A DNA stretch of 64,000 bases from Podarcis erhardii (Eukaryota), in the NCBI GenBank assembly GCA_964252035.1, contig OZ176213.1; one strand, 5' to 3'. The notes beneath the pieces were generated by a model that saw only the letters and a program-made list of their open reading frames with translations, had not been told where the DNA came from and did not search any database. Position numbers and translations under genes: made by a program. Position 1 is the stretch's first letter; every line of letters starts with the position of its first letter. Shown here piece after piece: positions 52,923 through 64,000 of this stretch.

Positions 52923-55900
52923 CTAAAAAGAAGCAAGGAAGGAAAAACCAGTAACTTCCATGTCTCACATGCAAGAAACAGCGCTCCACTTGTAAATGCA
53001 CAGTAGTTCTCCACCACAGCAGAAGAAAATATGACAACAGAGATTCTAATTTTCAACTGCTCACCTGCAGTTTTCCACAATTCCCTTTTACTCAAATGTT
53101 ATGCCTAAACCTACTTCTATGCAGAATTTCCAAGTACACCGACTTCTTGCATGCATGTAAAATCCAGCGAATGATTTTGCTGTTGTTCCTCTCCAACCCA
53201 ATTCCAGAGACTCAAGGCAGCTCCACTAATCTAGCCATCCTCTGCAAAATTCCACATTGCTTGGCCTCCTGAAAGCGTTCATCCTTGAGCTTTGGCAGAC
53301 TTTACATTTACTAATGCAGAAGCTATAGCAGGAGCGGGGAACCGCCAACCCATGTGCCAAATTGGAACCTGTGCTGGGCCACATTAAGCCAGGCAGGCTA
53401 GAGGTTCCCCGCCTCTGATCTAGCTTCTTTTTCCCAAACCACATCAACCTGCCCCACACCTAATGAGACATGCAGCATCAGGTGTGGGGCAGGTGCACGA
53501 AGTGCCAAACCTTAGAAGTGCGCGCCTGATTGCTGCCACCACCAATTGGTGAATGGGCACTTAAAAAGCTAAAGGTAAAGGGACCCCTGACCATTAGGTC
53601 CAGTTGTGGCCGACTCTGGGGTTGTGGCGCTCATCTCACTTTACTGGCTGAGGGAGCTGGCGTACAGCTTCCAGGTCATGTGGCCAGCATGACTAAGCTG
53701 CTTCTGGCGAACCAGAGCAGCGCACGGAAACGCCATTTACTGTCCCGCCGGAGCGGCACCTATTTATCTACCTGCACTTTGACGTGCTTTCGAACTGCTA
53801 GGTTGGCAGGAGCAGGGACCAAGCAACAGGAGCTCACCCCATCGCGGGGATTTGAACCGCCGACCTTCTGATCGGCAAGTCCTAGGCTCTGTGGTTTAAC
53901 CCACAGCACCACCCACGTCCCTCTGAATGGGCACTTAGAGCAAGCCAAATGAAATTGGGTGCGCTACTAAGTTCCCCATGGGGAATTCCATAGTGCAGCC
54001 AACCCCACAAGAAAGCAGAAGTCAATGACTATCAGCTGACATATGCTAACTTCAAGCACCATGGGACTTGTTGTACTACTGAGCTCCCCAAACTGAACTC
54101 CACAGGGAGTTGAAGGGGCTTGCAAAGAGCAGAGGAAAAGCTCCTTACAGGCAGCCCTGCTAAGTGTTTTGAAGTGCCCGTGATCAGCTGATCAGTGGTG
54201 CTGAAATCACTGTGCAGAAATATTTGCAAACCCTGCATGATGATCTGGAATCCCAAACAATGTTTTTTTAGGGAAGGCTTTTTACATCAACATCAGCATC
54301 CTGAATTATGCCCAGAAAGCAACACAGGGCCACTACACTTGTAATGCTATCAGGTTTTAAGAGGAAAAATTCTATCAAAAGATTAATCACTGAAATACAT
54401 ACCATTTCTACAAGTTTCTCCAGAAAAGGAATCAATTTTAGGAGCTCATTGTCATTTTTATCCATGAACCAGCTCTCTATAGGAATTCCATTTGAAAGCT
54501 AGAAAAAGCAAAATATCAGAGGCAATTTTAATTATTTATATATTTTTATTTAAATTTCTAAACCCACCCTTCATTCAGCTCACAAGGCATATTATAATTA
54601 AATACATGCAATTAAACAGGCCAACACCAGACATATGGTCAATTGACAAGAATTTCTGAAGCGAGTTCAGGCAAGTAGCAATGCCATCTTACTGTGAGTT
54701 TCATTTTTGGCAATTCCCCTATGAGCCCAACAGTCCCCAAATATGAAAAGCTGTAAGGGTGGGAAAGAAGGCTGGGGAAAGCAGTTGGAAACTTCAGTGC
54801 ATTAAGTGCATCTTCCTTACTACAGATTGTAGCCACAATCAATACAATGCAACTTCTATTTCTGTCAACAGATCATATCAACAGTTTCCTCTCCATTCCA
54901 GAGATTTCATGCTTAATGCTGAAACATCCTGGCCCCTAATCCAGGAAGGCGTGTGAGGGCAAATCTCTTAACATGACCAAAACTAATACAGGATAAGGTC
55001 AACAGCAGTGTCCTAACTCTGATTCAACCACATAATTTTACATAAGCACACTTTTTCAGTATTTATCATGAAATATTGTGGTCGCAAACTGCCCTTCAAA
55101 TTGTAACGTACCGTATATGTTTTGTGGTGAATTAGGTACTTGCCCCCACATGCATAAACAAAAATCATGCTTTTTTACTTGCTGAGGCTACAGATGAAGT
55201 TACGTTAGCATTTGTTTTGTCTGCAAAGCCAGCTGCGGAGAAAAAACACTCACCTGATAGGCAAAGGCTTGTGGTGAATTGTCAATAATAATAGTTTTTG
55301 AGAGATCTCTACCAAGGATATTTAAATCCTTTATGTAGTTTCCTTGTACACAAACACAATGCTCACGGAAAAGTCGATGCCTGTATTTGGTTAAAAGAAC
55401 ACATTCAGATTACATGGAGAAAAATGTATATGAAGCAAATGCTGTTTTTTACAAGATTTCCTCTCTTTCATGGGATTTAATGTTAAGAATTGTCTTTTTA
55501 TTAAATGGTAGTTTTTTGGTGTGTGTGGTGTTATATCTATTTGAAAAATAGATGTTAAAAACACAGCTAAAGGTTGCTTTTTCTTGGCTGAAAAATAGGT
55601 TTTTAATTCTCTGCAGTACAATATATTTACCATATCTATCACGCAAAACCAAACAAGGCCTTGTGTTCTTAATGATTAATTTGACCAGGAGGTGGAGCAC
55701 CTGTGCTGTTAACTATGGAAGAAAATCAGGCAATGATGAAGTGTTTTTACAATGATCCCATAACATTTGGAGAGAACCCAAAGACAGCCAAGCCTCAACT
55801 GCCATCTTTCACGCACAAGTCCACCAGGAGAATTCAGTTGTTCTTCTTATGTTGTTATAGTTTTCATGTTTGAGCCTAATTTATTTGTATTGATTTAATT

Positions 55901-58900
55901 TTTACTATAATCTGCCAAAAGAACTTTTGTTATTGTGTGGGATATAAATATTATGAATAATTAAATAGGACGGCGCATCTTCAGGGTTCCAAACATCCAG
56001 CTGTGTCTTCCTTCAGAATAGTACACGCTATCAGGCCAACAGACCCCTCCCCCCAAGTTTCTGTTTTTCCTTCCCAATATTTCAACATTCTGTGGCTCCT
56101 GGACACTACTGAGCATGCCCAGCAAACATTTGGGAGTTTTTCTTTTTTGCTTTTAAAAATGTTTTGTACTTCTGCATACCTCGGGGTTCACCCAAGCGTG
56201 CCGATACCTCCCTCCTGTTCCTCAGTAGCCCAATTCTGTCTGCACTCAGCCACATGAGTTCACTATTAGAAGGAACAAGTGGGACCTGCAACAAAATGTT
56301 GCATCATTAACACGAGTGCTTCTCTTCAGACTTCCAGTCAGTCACATATTTTTCCAGGATACTAGGTGCTGCTAGGGACTCAAGCAAGTCAGTCCACCCC
56401 ACCCCCCATTCCAGGCCAACTGAGTATCCTATTTTTCATTTACCAGTACACTCCCTCATATATGTAGGAAGTGCTACCTCATTGGCAGGTAGTCCCATTT
56501 TTCTCCCATGTGGACCCTTCAGGTGATGCTGGACTCCAACTCCCGGCACCCCCAGCAGCTAATCAATGGTCAGGGATAGGGATGATGATGGTCAGGGATG
56601 GTAGGAGCTGTAACCAACCACATCCAGAGGGCCCCCACAGATTTCCCACCCCTGCACTAGACCATCTGAGTTGCTACCACATATATGAATAAAATGGATA
56701 ATCAAATCCTCCAATAGCAAACTCAAGGGGATTGAGTGATGACAGGGAATTGAAGCCAAAATGGGGTCACTGAGAATCAAGAGGAATATTTTAAAATGCT
56801 TAGTGATCCCTAAAGTATGCAGAAATACAACACTTAAAAAAACATCCTGTGGCGATCACACAGGGTCCCCGGATGTTTGACAGTCTATTGATCCCTGTGC
56901 CACCACTGTGATTGCCTCCTCGCTGCCACCAACCCGTTTCTCTCGGGTACACATGGAGTCCAGACAGTTGTTAACATTAACAAATAATCAATTTATTTTA
57001 TAAGCATGAACAACAACTTATAAGCATGTTCCTAACAACTTCAAACTGATTATCCCAACTATCTGACTCCACCTAACAGTTCCTCTCGCTCTCTCACATT
57101 AAAACTAGACCAACCCACAAACTTATCCTCCCTCTTCCTTCTCCAACTCCCCACTGACTTCCAAACAACTCCAACTCTAACTCTAACTCCTCCCCTTGGG
57201 TTCACACTGGCCAATCACTTCACACTCATTTAACCCTTTCCTTATGACCCACCTAGGAGGGCAAATGCCACACACCCCCACCCCGGAACATAAGAGTCCA
57301 ATGAGAACTGAGCATGCCACCAGTGGCCACTGCAAGCTGCTATGGAACGCTGACGTAATTTGGTAAAGAAAACTAGGAGATGGAAGTCTGGGGTGGGCAG
57401 AAATGGAACGAACTGGCCTGCTTGAGCCCCTCAGAACTTGGGGAAGGTATGGCTGGCAGGTGGGAACCCTGAACATGAGCACTCAGTAGAGCCTGAGGAG
57501 ACACTGCAGCATTTTGTTGCAGGCACCCATTTGTTGTTGTACTGTTCAACGTTTCCAAGGTTTCAAAATAGCCTGTTTTCAGCGTTTTATCTGTGTTTCC
57601 ATGTGTATTCAGATAGGATAACTAAAATGCACTCAGGTTCTACATCATAATAGTGTATGCTGCAATTCTGATTAAAAAAGAAATAACAGCCACCACTTCG
57701 TCATCAAGCTTACCTGACCAGTTGCTTTTTGGGGTCTAGTATGTTCAGCAATTTGTCTGCATATACTTTCTTTGAAGCAGTAAAAAGAATGATCTGAAAA
57801 TGAAGGGAGGACATTGTTATTATCTGTTCTACTGCTGAAGGCTAAGATAATCATACAAGGTCCAAATTAAGTCCCTTTACCTCGTAGATTTGGGACATAC
57901 GCTCCAAAAATTCTCTGAAGAATGGTCTTAATCTCACATAAACCTAGAACAAAAAGAAAAAGCAATTTTAAAATACACAGAATACAATAGGGACATTTTG
58001 CTTCAAATGGCAGGGGTTTCTGAAACTATAGTTGGTGGACAGCAGTGAAAATTTACAGTAAAATACTTATTATATTCAGTAATTGAAGAAGAAATAGTAA
58101 TGCTAGAGAGGGTGTAAAATTCTTATTACTGTTTGCTTGTATAATTGGAAAACAAAACAAAACAAAAAACAACCCAGTTATTGTTTGGTTCGTATGTTAG
58201 CTTGTCCATATGTTTTATGATAAATCAATAAAAATTACTATTACTACAACTCACTCAAAAACTTGTAGCATCATCTATTGCACTTGATACAATGGCAATT
58301 GTACCAGGCAGTATCTTGTTTTTATTTATAAGAATATTTATAAACCACCAACACATAAAAAGTATCAAAACAGTGTACAGTAAAATCATCATAAAAGTTT
58401 TAAAATCTTAAAATTATAGAATTATAAAATACAGAACACTCTGTCTCACCAAAACTGTATCAAATTAATTTTCTACAAACAAGTTTTCCGCAGGCAACAA
58501 AATACCAGGATTGTAGGTGCCTGGAACAGTGTTCCAAATTACTGAAAGCCTTGGTATGCTATTTCAGCAAGTTCCTCTATACTGAAAGCCTTGGTATGTG
58601 GAGAAACTAAAAAAGTATGGGATAACTGGGACAATCAGGAAAGCTTCTCCAGATAAGCACAGTACATAAGGAATAAGGCAGTCCCTTCAGGTAACCTGGT
58701 CCCAGGTCATTTAGGTTTATACACCTTTATAATACATTGAGCTTAGTTCAATAATGTACTGGCAGCCAGTGCAGAGCTTTCTTCATCCGTGTAATATGCA
58801 GTGTTCCATCAACAATTGGGGTGCAGCATTCTGCACTAGCTATAATTTCTGAACCAACCTCTAGAGCAGCCCCAAACAGAGTGTGTAGTTCAGTCTAGAA

Positions 58901-61900
58901 GGTGAGCAAGGGCAGTACTACTGTGGCCAAACTATCCCTCCTGACATAAGTGTGTACAGCCTTAGCTGTACTCTGTAGCTTCCACAAGAATGTTCCTCAG
59001 CAAAGATCCCCATTTAAAGCAGGGATGTGCCACCATTTAGCTCACAAAGGACACATGTGGGTGGTTAGCGGCTGCATGCCTGTGGGCAAGGCTGGTGCTG
59101 GCTGGGCCTGTAGAAAAGGAGAGCTGAATGAAGTGCACCCCGGGGCCCAAGGGTGCCTTCATTATGTATCTTAGGCGCCAGGCAAACACATTCTCCTTCT
59201 CCCAGGCCTTTGGCTAATTAAACAATCTATGGCCTTTAAAATTATATGGGGTGGGAGGTATTGCTTTAGTTTGTTACTATGTTACGTATTTTTGTGCTTT
59301 TATATTGTAAATCACCCTGTGGTCCTTAGATGAAGCTAAAAAGCAACCATTGCAGCAAATTGGGCTCAATAAATGGAAGAGATACAGCAGCAGATCCTTT
59401 GCTGTTCATCTGCTTTGGTGCCTGGGGCAAGTTATGGTGGGAAGGGCCACCTGTTTTGTATGCAGAAGGTCCCAGGTTCAATCCCCAACATCTCCAGGTA
59501 CAGCTGGGAGAGAAAATACTGAGTTCAGCAGACGAACTGTCTAAGTCCAAGTCAGCTTCCTATGTTCTGGTGTTCCCAAGTTATCCCCAGGCGCCTTCCT
59601 CCCTATGTAAACAGCATGCCCCAGTCTGGCAGACAGCTCTTTAGCAGGGTATGGGAAGAGTGACTGTGATGTGGAGGAAGGGATAACTCTCCCTGAATAC
59701 CTTCCAGTCCATCCAAATTGTGCTCCCTCAGGTGGGTGGGGGATGAAATTCAGCAGTGAGGGTGGATTGAGTGCCTGTGGTGAGTCACACTGAAGAGCAT
59801 GAGAAGGTTGCTCTCTAGTGAACTAAAGAGAAGTCTTATTCACTGATTAACAATCCCTTCATCAGAACCTCTGCAAGTGCCAATACAAGTTATTAGTACC
59901 CAAGTGTGTACTGAGTACTGACTCATAGAATCACAGAGTTGGAAGGGACCCCCAAGTGCCATCTAGTCCAACCCCTGGCAATGCAGGAATTGGTTTCCAT
60001 CCAGAAGAATAAACAATATTTGGCTGCAAAGTGGACAAAGTTCTTGGGTTCACATTATTTCCAGTTGGTGTCAATAATTTAAGACAAGCTATGAATATGC
60101 CTCTGTCTAAGGGAAAAGCACAAATGCTAAAGGAGTGAGCAAGGCCTTTAAAAAAACCTCAACTCTAGACAGTTGCTATATTTTAGGATACTTAATTCTA
60201 TAGTATCTTTCAGTGCCCAACTTGCTTTACAACTCTCATTTGCCTTCAAAACCACACTGAGAAACAAATTAAGCAGATCACCACTTCCAAAGGACCACAT
60301 GACAGAGAATTTAAACCCCATACTGCCTTCTTGAATCAGTACTGTCACAACAGGCCTTTGCAATCGACAGAAGATGATCATTAAAAAGGGTGGGGAGAGC
60401 AAAAGAGTGAACTTGCATGGTCTCAGTCATTCTTTGCACAGTTAAGGAACTACTTGAACCTTCCTTCCTATTATTATTAAATTTTTAGTCACCAACTCCA
60501 AAGCCTCCTGATGACTTACAATAAAATAGTTTAAAACATCAAATAAGCAAATACAACCTGTAAGATAAATACAGCATAACCAAGTTTTTAACAAAGCAAC
60601 AAACTAATAACAAAATCCACTCCTCAAGTATGGGCACAACCCCCATTAAAATTAAAAAAATCGAGCTACCCTGGCACATAGCATTAAGGGCACCAACTGA
60701 GAAGAAGATAGTAAACTGCCTGGGAGGAAAGACAGGTATTTGCCTGCTGCCACAAAGTCTGGTGCCAGGGGAGCATCTCTGGAGAAAGCACCCCAGAAAT
60801 GGGGGACAACCACAAAAAAAGTCTCTCTTGTTGCCATTCTGATTTTCAGCAAGATCTTGGAGGAAGTCTTCTGGATGACCAAAGGGCCCAGATAAGCACA
60901 AGCTTGGCTGCAGTAACAGACCACATCACTACAACACTTGATCATCATTGTGAACATTTGCACCAAATTAGTTCTAAATAAATTATGTAGCAAATAAAGA
61001 GGACTCTGGTCCACAAAAGGCTTTTGATTGTTTTTGCCTTTTGGAGTTTGACTGAATAATGGTTTTTCAGAGACTAACAATAATATTATGAAGCTGACAC
61101 TTCACACTTCCTTGCCATTTTCACTGGGCCCATATCAAAATAGAAGAAATGACACTCAAGCGTAATAGGGGCAAACTCTGTTTATCTATAGCCATAGATG
61201 GCCGTGACTGCAATTTCAAGCATACTTGGAAACTGGTTTCCCCTCAAAGCAATGAAATGTACTTCCATATGTGAGCATTTGGCTTGGGAGGCAAAATGCT
61301 TAAGGGTTAGGACCAGGTCTGGAACATTTACAGCTGCAATTCTTAACCTGCTTACTCTGGAGGAGCTTTTTATGAGACTGGCAGTGGAATAAGTGGATAG
61401 AGGATTACAAAGGTTGAGGTACAGAGGTCACTAAACTCCTAACTAAATGTCCAAGTTTGCAAAAATCAAGTTTTATGGTGCTAGCCCTGTGCTAGGCAGA
61501 AAAGGACTGCCAAGAAACCAATCACTCAGTCAATCATTTTATTTGTATGCCGCCTTTCCAAATATAAAACTATGCTCAAGGCAGCTTACAACATATTAAA
61601 AAATTGCATAACTACTAATGTAGCAAAAGTAGTTATAAACACTAAACAAAATATCAAAACTATTGAACACTTTCCACATAATTTTTAGGATTTTTATTTT
61701 GGATTTTACAATTTAACAGCAACAGCAACAACAACCCCACCCCAAACAACACCCCCTAAACAATAGCCCAGCCCATGAACCAAGGAGGGGTTTGTAAAAT
61801 TGGAACTTTACATTTATTCCACCCAAGACTCAAATGTGTTGTTGCTCACTTCAGCAATATTTATATAAAGAAACCTCATAAAGTAGTGTTTACTTCTCAG

Positions 61901-63152
61901 CTGTTCTCAGCAAGATGTAATATTGGCAAGCCACAGAAAAGATGATGATGCTATCAGCCAATTTTCAGCTCTTGCTTTTACTATCCAAAATATTCTAAGG
62001 TAACTTCCTAACTTATCTAATTAAAGAGGAAGCTGAACACTGGTGTCACTAAACATGATTTCTTCTGGGGAAAGGAAAGACCTCATTTTAAGCCTCAGAA
62101 TTTTGGAAGGTTTTACAGAACAAAAAGACAAAATGGAAGTTTTAAAATTAGGGTAAAATACCTGGACAAGTGTCCATTTAAGGTGCCTGATGTCATTCTC
62201 CAAAGATACTACAGAGGAGTCCAATATCGTGCAAATTACATGAAGGGAAGCTGTTGCTACTCCCAGGTACATCACACAATAGGGACCTGAGAACAACAGC
62301 CGGGGTGAGTGCAGCATTTTTGGCAGTTGCTGGAACACACCTCTAACTCTTCCTCTTTCCTCTGTTCTTCGCTGACCGAACTGTTGTACACACAGTAGAT
62401 GGAAGCTAAGAATATGTTGTGAAGCACAACCAACAGCTAGCAATCTGGTAGTCTCCATCAACAAAAGCAACTCCTGCCACACAAACAGCACCTAACTATG
62501 AAGGAAGAGATGGATCTGCACAAGTTATTCCCAGGTCTGTATTTTTAATCCCTTCTGAGCAGAATAGCATGGGTCGATTTTACTCAGGCAAGGCAGAAAA
62601 GCAAGTCTGCACTAAGCACTAGTAAAATTATTTAAGCTTCCAGAACTCCTGCCTCCACCTGCTGGCAGGGAGAAAAGCTGCCACGTAGAAAGACAGCTAA
62701 GAGGAAGCCTTCTGGCTTCCTCATGCTTGAGCTCTTTACAAATAAATGAAAAGGAAGTGTAAAAGTATGCAAGTGTACAAGGAAGAAGCAGTGTGTCACA
62801 ATACATCTAATATCTGAGGACGTGCCTGACAAAATTTCAAAGAATGTAATCAATACTGCTTAATTGCCAATGTTCCAGGGTGGCAAGAAGACACCATGTG
62901 CATGACAAGTGTTTGCCCATTTAATTTATATAAGCAGTTTTATACTTCACTGGAACGTGGTTTTGATTACCTGGTAAATGACATCTTGGAAAAGGACTGG
63001 AAATGTGAGTGCAGCATCTTCCAGTTCATTTAGACTACAGTGGACTAGTGTTTCATCCTATAAAGAATTAAGAAATGAGATGACTTAGAAGGCAGGTAGA
63101 AATAAAGTATGCTCGGAAATGAAGCCCTCCCACCTGCAATTTGTGAGGCATA

Positions 63153-63242
<90 letters not shown>

Positions 63243-63389
63243 TTCTATCATAACTAATGCCAATATGTATTCCTTACCAAGTCTAGAACTAAAGAAAATT
63301 CTGGTGTGCTTCTCGTTTTCAATGGAAGAGCAGGCTTCCGATTAAGTTGTTCTTCTGTTAGTGGTGGAACATGTTTGATGAAGTAGTAC
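52857..63389 (-). CDS. CTDSPL2: CTD small phosphatase-like 2 (SCP4), 3' part; 5' exons lie beyond the window
   Basis: Seven exons encode [46 protein letters not shown] (FCP/SCP DxDxT motif) ... [11 protein letters not shown]; neighbour of EIF3J as in other amniotes. Confidence 0.97.
53564..53923 (-). mobile_element. Sauria SINE, full length
   Basis: Closely similar to the copy at 47672; 14-bp TSD tgaatgggcactta (53550-53563, 53924-53937). Confidence 0.92.
54403..54498 (-). CDS. CTDSPL2: CTDSPL2 exon
   Basis: tttctag|[32 protein letters not shown]|gtatgt. Confidence 0.96.
55254..55380 (-). CDS. CTDSPL2: CTDSPL2 exon
   Basis: aatacag|[20 protein letters not shown]...[10 protein letters not shown]|gtgagt. 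Confidence 0.96.
56848..57272 (-). mobile_element. Solo LTR (425 bp)
   Basis: TG...CA ends with 6-bp inverted termini tgtggc / gccaca; 5-bp TSD catcc / caccc (4 of 5); AATAAA on - at 56992-56997. Confidence 0.7.
57714..57793 (-). CDS. CTDSPL2: CTDSPL2 exon
   Basis: ttttcag|[28 protein letters not shown]|gtaagc. Confidence 0.96.
57881..57943 (-). CDS. CTDSPL2: CTDSPL2 exon
   Basis: gttctag|[21 protein letters not shown]|gtaaag. Confidence 0.96.
59440..59570 (+). mobile_element. Degenerate tRNA-derived squamate SINE (Squam3-like)
   Basis: gtatgcagaaggtcccaggttcaatcccc (B box) ... gcttcctatgttc; family name from memory. Confidence 0.5.
59923..59990 (-). mobile_element. CR1 3' terminal fragment
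   Basis: tcatagaatcacagagttggaagggacccccaagtgccatctagtccaacccctggcaatgcagg. Confidence 0.7.
62971..63057 (-). CDS. CTDSPL2: CTDSPL2 exon
   Basis: tttatag|[29 protein letters not shown]|gtaatc. Confidence 0.96.
63155..63241. repeat. Compound (TC)n(AC)n microsatellite
   Basis: Read directly; lies inside the 220-nt intron 63058-63277. Confidence 0.95.
63278..63389 (-). CDS. CTDSPL2: CTDSPL2 exon
   Basis: cttctag|[38 protein letters not shown]|gtaagg. Confidence 0.96.
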
Positions 63390-64000
63390 CTAGAAGAAAG
63401 GCAAACCAATATACGGTTTGGTAATTTATTACAACTGCTGCTTTACAACTCTTGGGACAAATTTGGAAAGCAGCCCTGGCAGGCTAATGTAATGTACCAC
63501 CAGGGCAGTAAGAAGACATCTTCAGCAATCCCAGTCCCCACTGGATGCAGGATGGAAATAGACACATAACTAATCTGGGAAGCCCTGGAAAACTTTCCTG
63601 TATGATTCAATGGGATGTGGCGTGCGTGTGCAATTGTAATGTTTTGGGATCAAATGAAGGTGTTTTGAGATAAAACCTTTTTGTTCACACAACTAACGAC
63701 TGCTGATTTTTCTTTTACCAGCAGGTCTTCTTTTTTTTTTTTTGAATAAACGTTTTATATATATACAGGCAGATCCCCATTTACATGGGGGTACATTCTG
63801 AGGCATCGCAAGCACCAGCGGGATGATATAAACCCACCCCCTTCTACCCCACCCCCTTGCAGTGCCGAAAATTGTGCGCCTGTCAGCAGTCATGCACGTG
63901 CTGATTATGCACAAATGGGGAAGTACCTGCATCTAAGTGGGAGCTGTAAATGTTGCAGCAGCGTGGCATGCTCCTGCTCACGGTTCTAGTCAGCTGACTT

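Noticed and set aside
60539-61080. 120-142 aa ORFs in a CTDSPL2 intron
   Set aside because: No recognisable domain, splice context or codon pattern; consistent with chance or decayed repeat.
53000-63300. Intronic miR-26 as in CTDSP1, CTDSP2 and CTDSPL
   Set aside because: I did not see the miR-26 mature sequence (TTCAAGTAAT...) in the introns read, and CTDSPL2 is not a known host.

Overview
Vertebrate genomic DNA from a squamate reptile, probably a lacertid lizard (inferred from Sauria-type SINEs and the repeat profile). It carries the conserved SPG11-EIF3J-CTDSPL2 block. I reconstructed all exons by hand from splice sites and reading-frame continuity; human comparisons are from memory, not from a search. 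SPG11 (spatacsin) is complete on + (40 coding exons, 1769-35611, 7296 nt CDS, 2431 aa). EIF3J is complete on - (8 exons, 45419-37971, 253 aa) and convergent with SPG11. The last 7 coding exons of CTDSPL2 (SCP4 phosphatase) lie on - (63389-52857). A CpG-island promoter with three ZNF143-type sites also appears to drive an unidentified divergent multi-exon gene (-, from 1204). The most unusual element is a complete 1.85-kb retroposon in SPG11 intron 22, with a 17-bp TSD, structured GC-rich leader, one intact 191-aa ORF, poly(A) tail and no reverse transcriptase, inserted just upstream of the exon 23 acceptor. Other highlights are a U12-type intron 3 and two GC-AG introns in SPG11, in-frame alternative splice sites around intron 32, several hAT and Tc1/pogo MITEs with intact TSDs, a solo LTR, CR1 tails, microsatellites and two N gaps.
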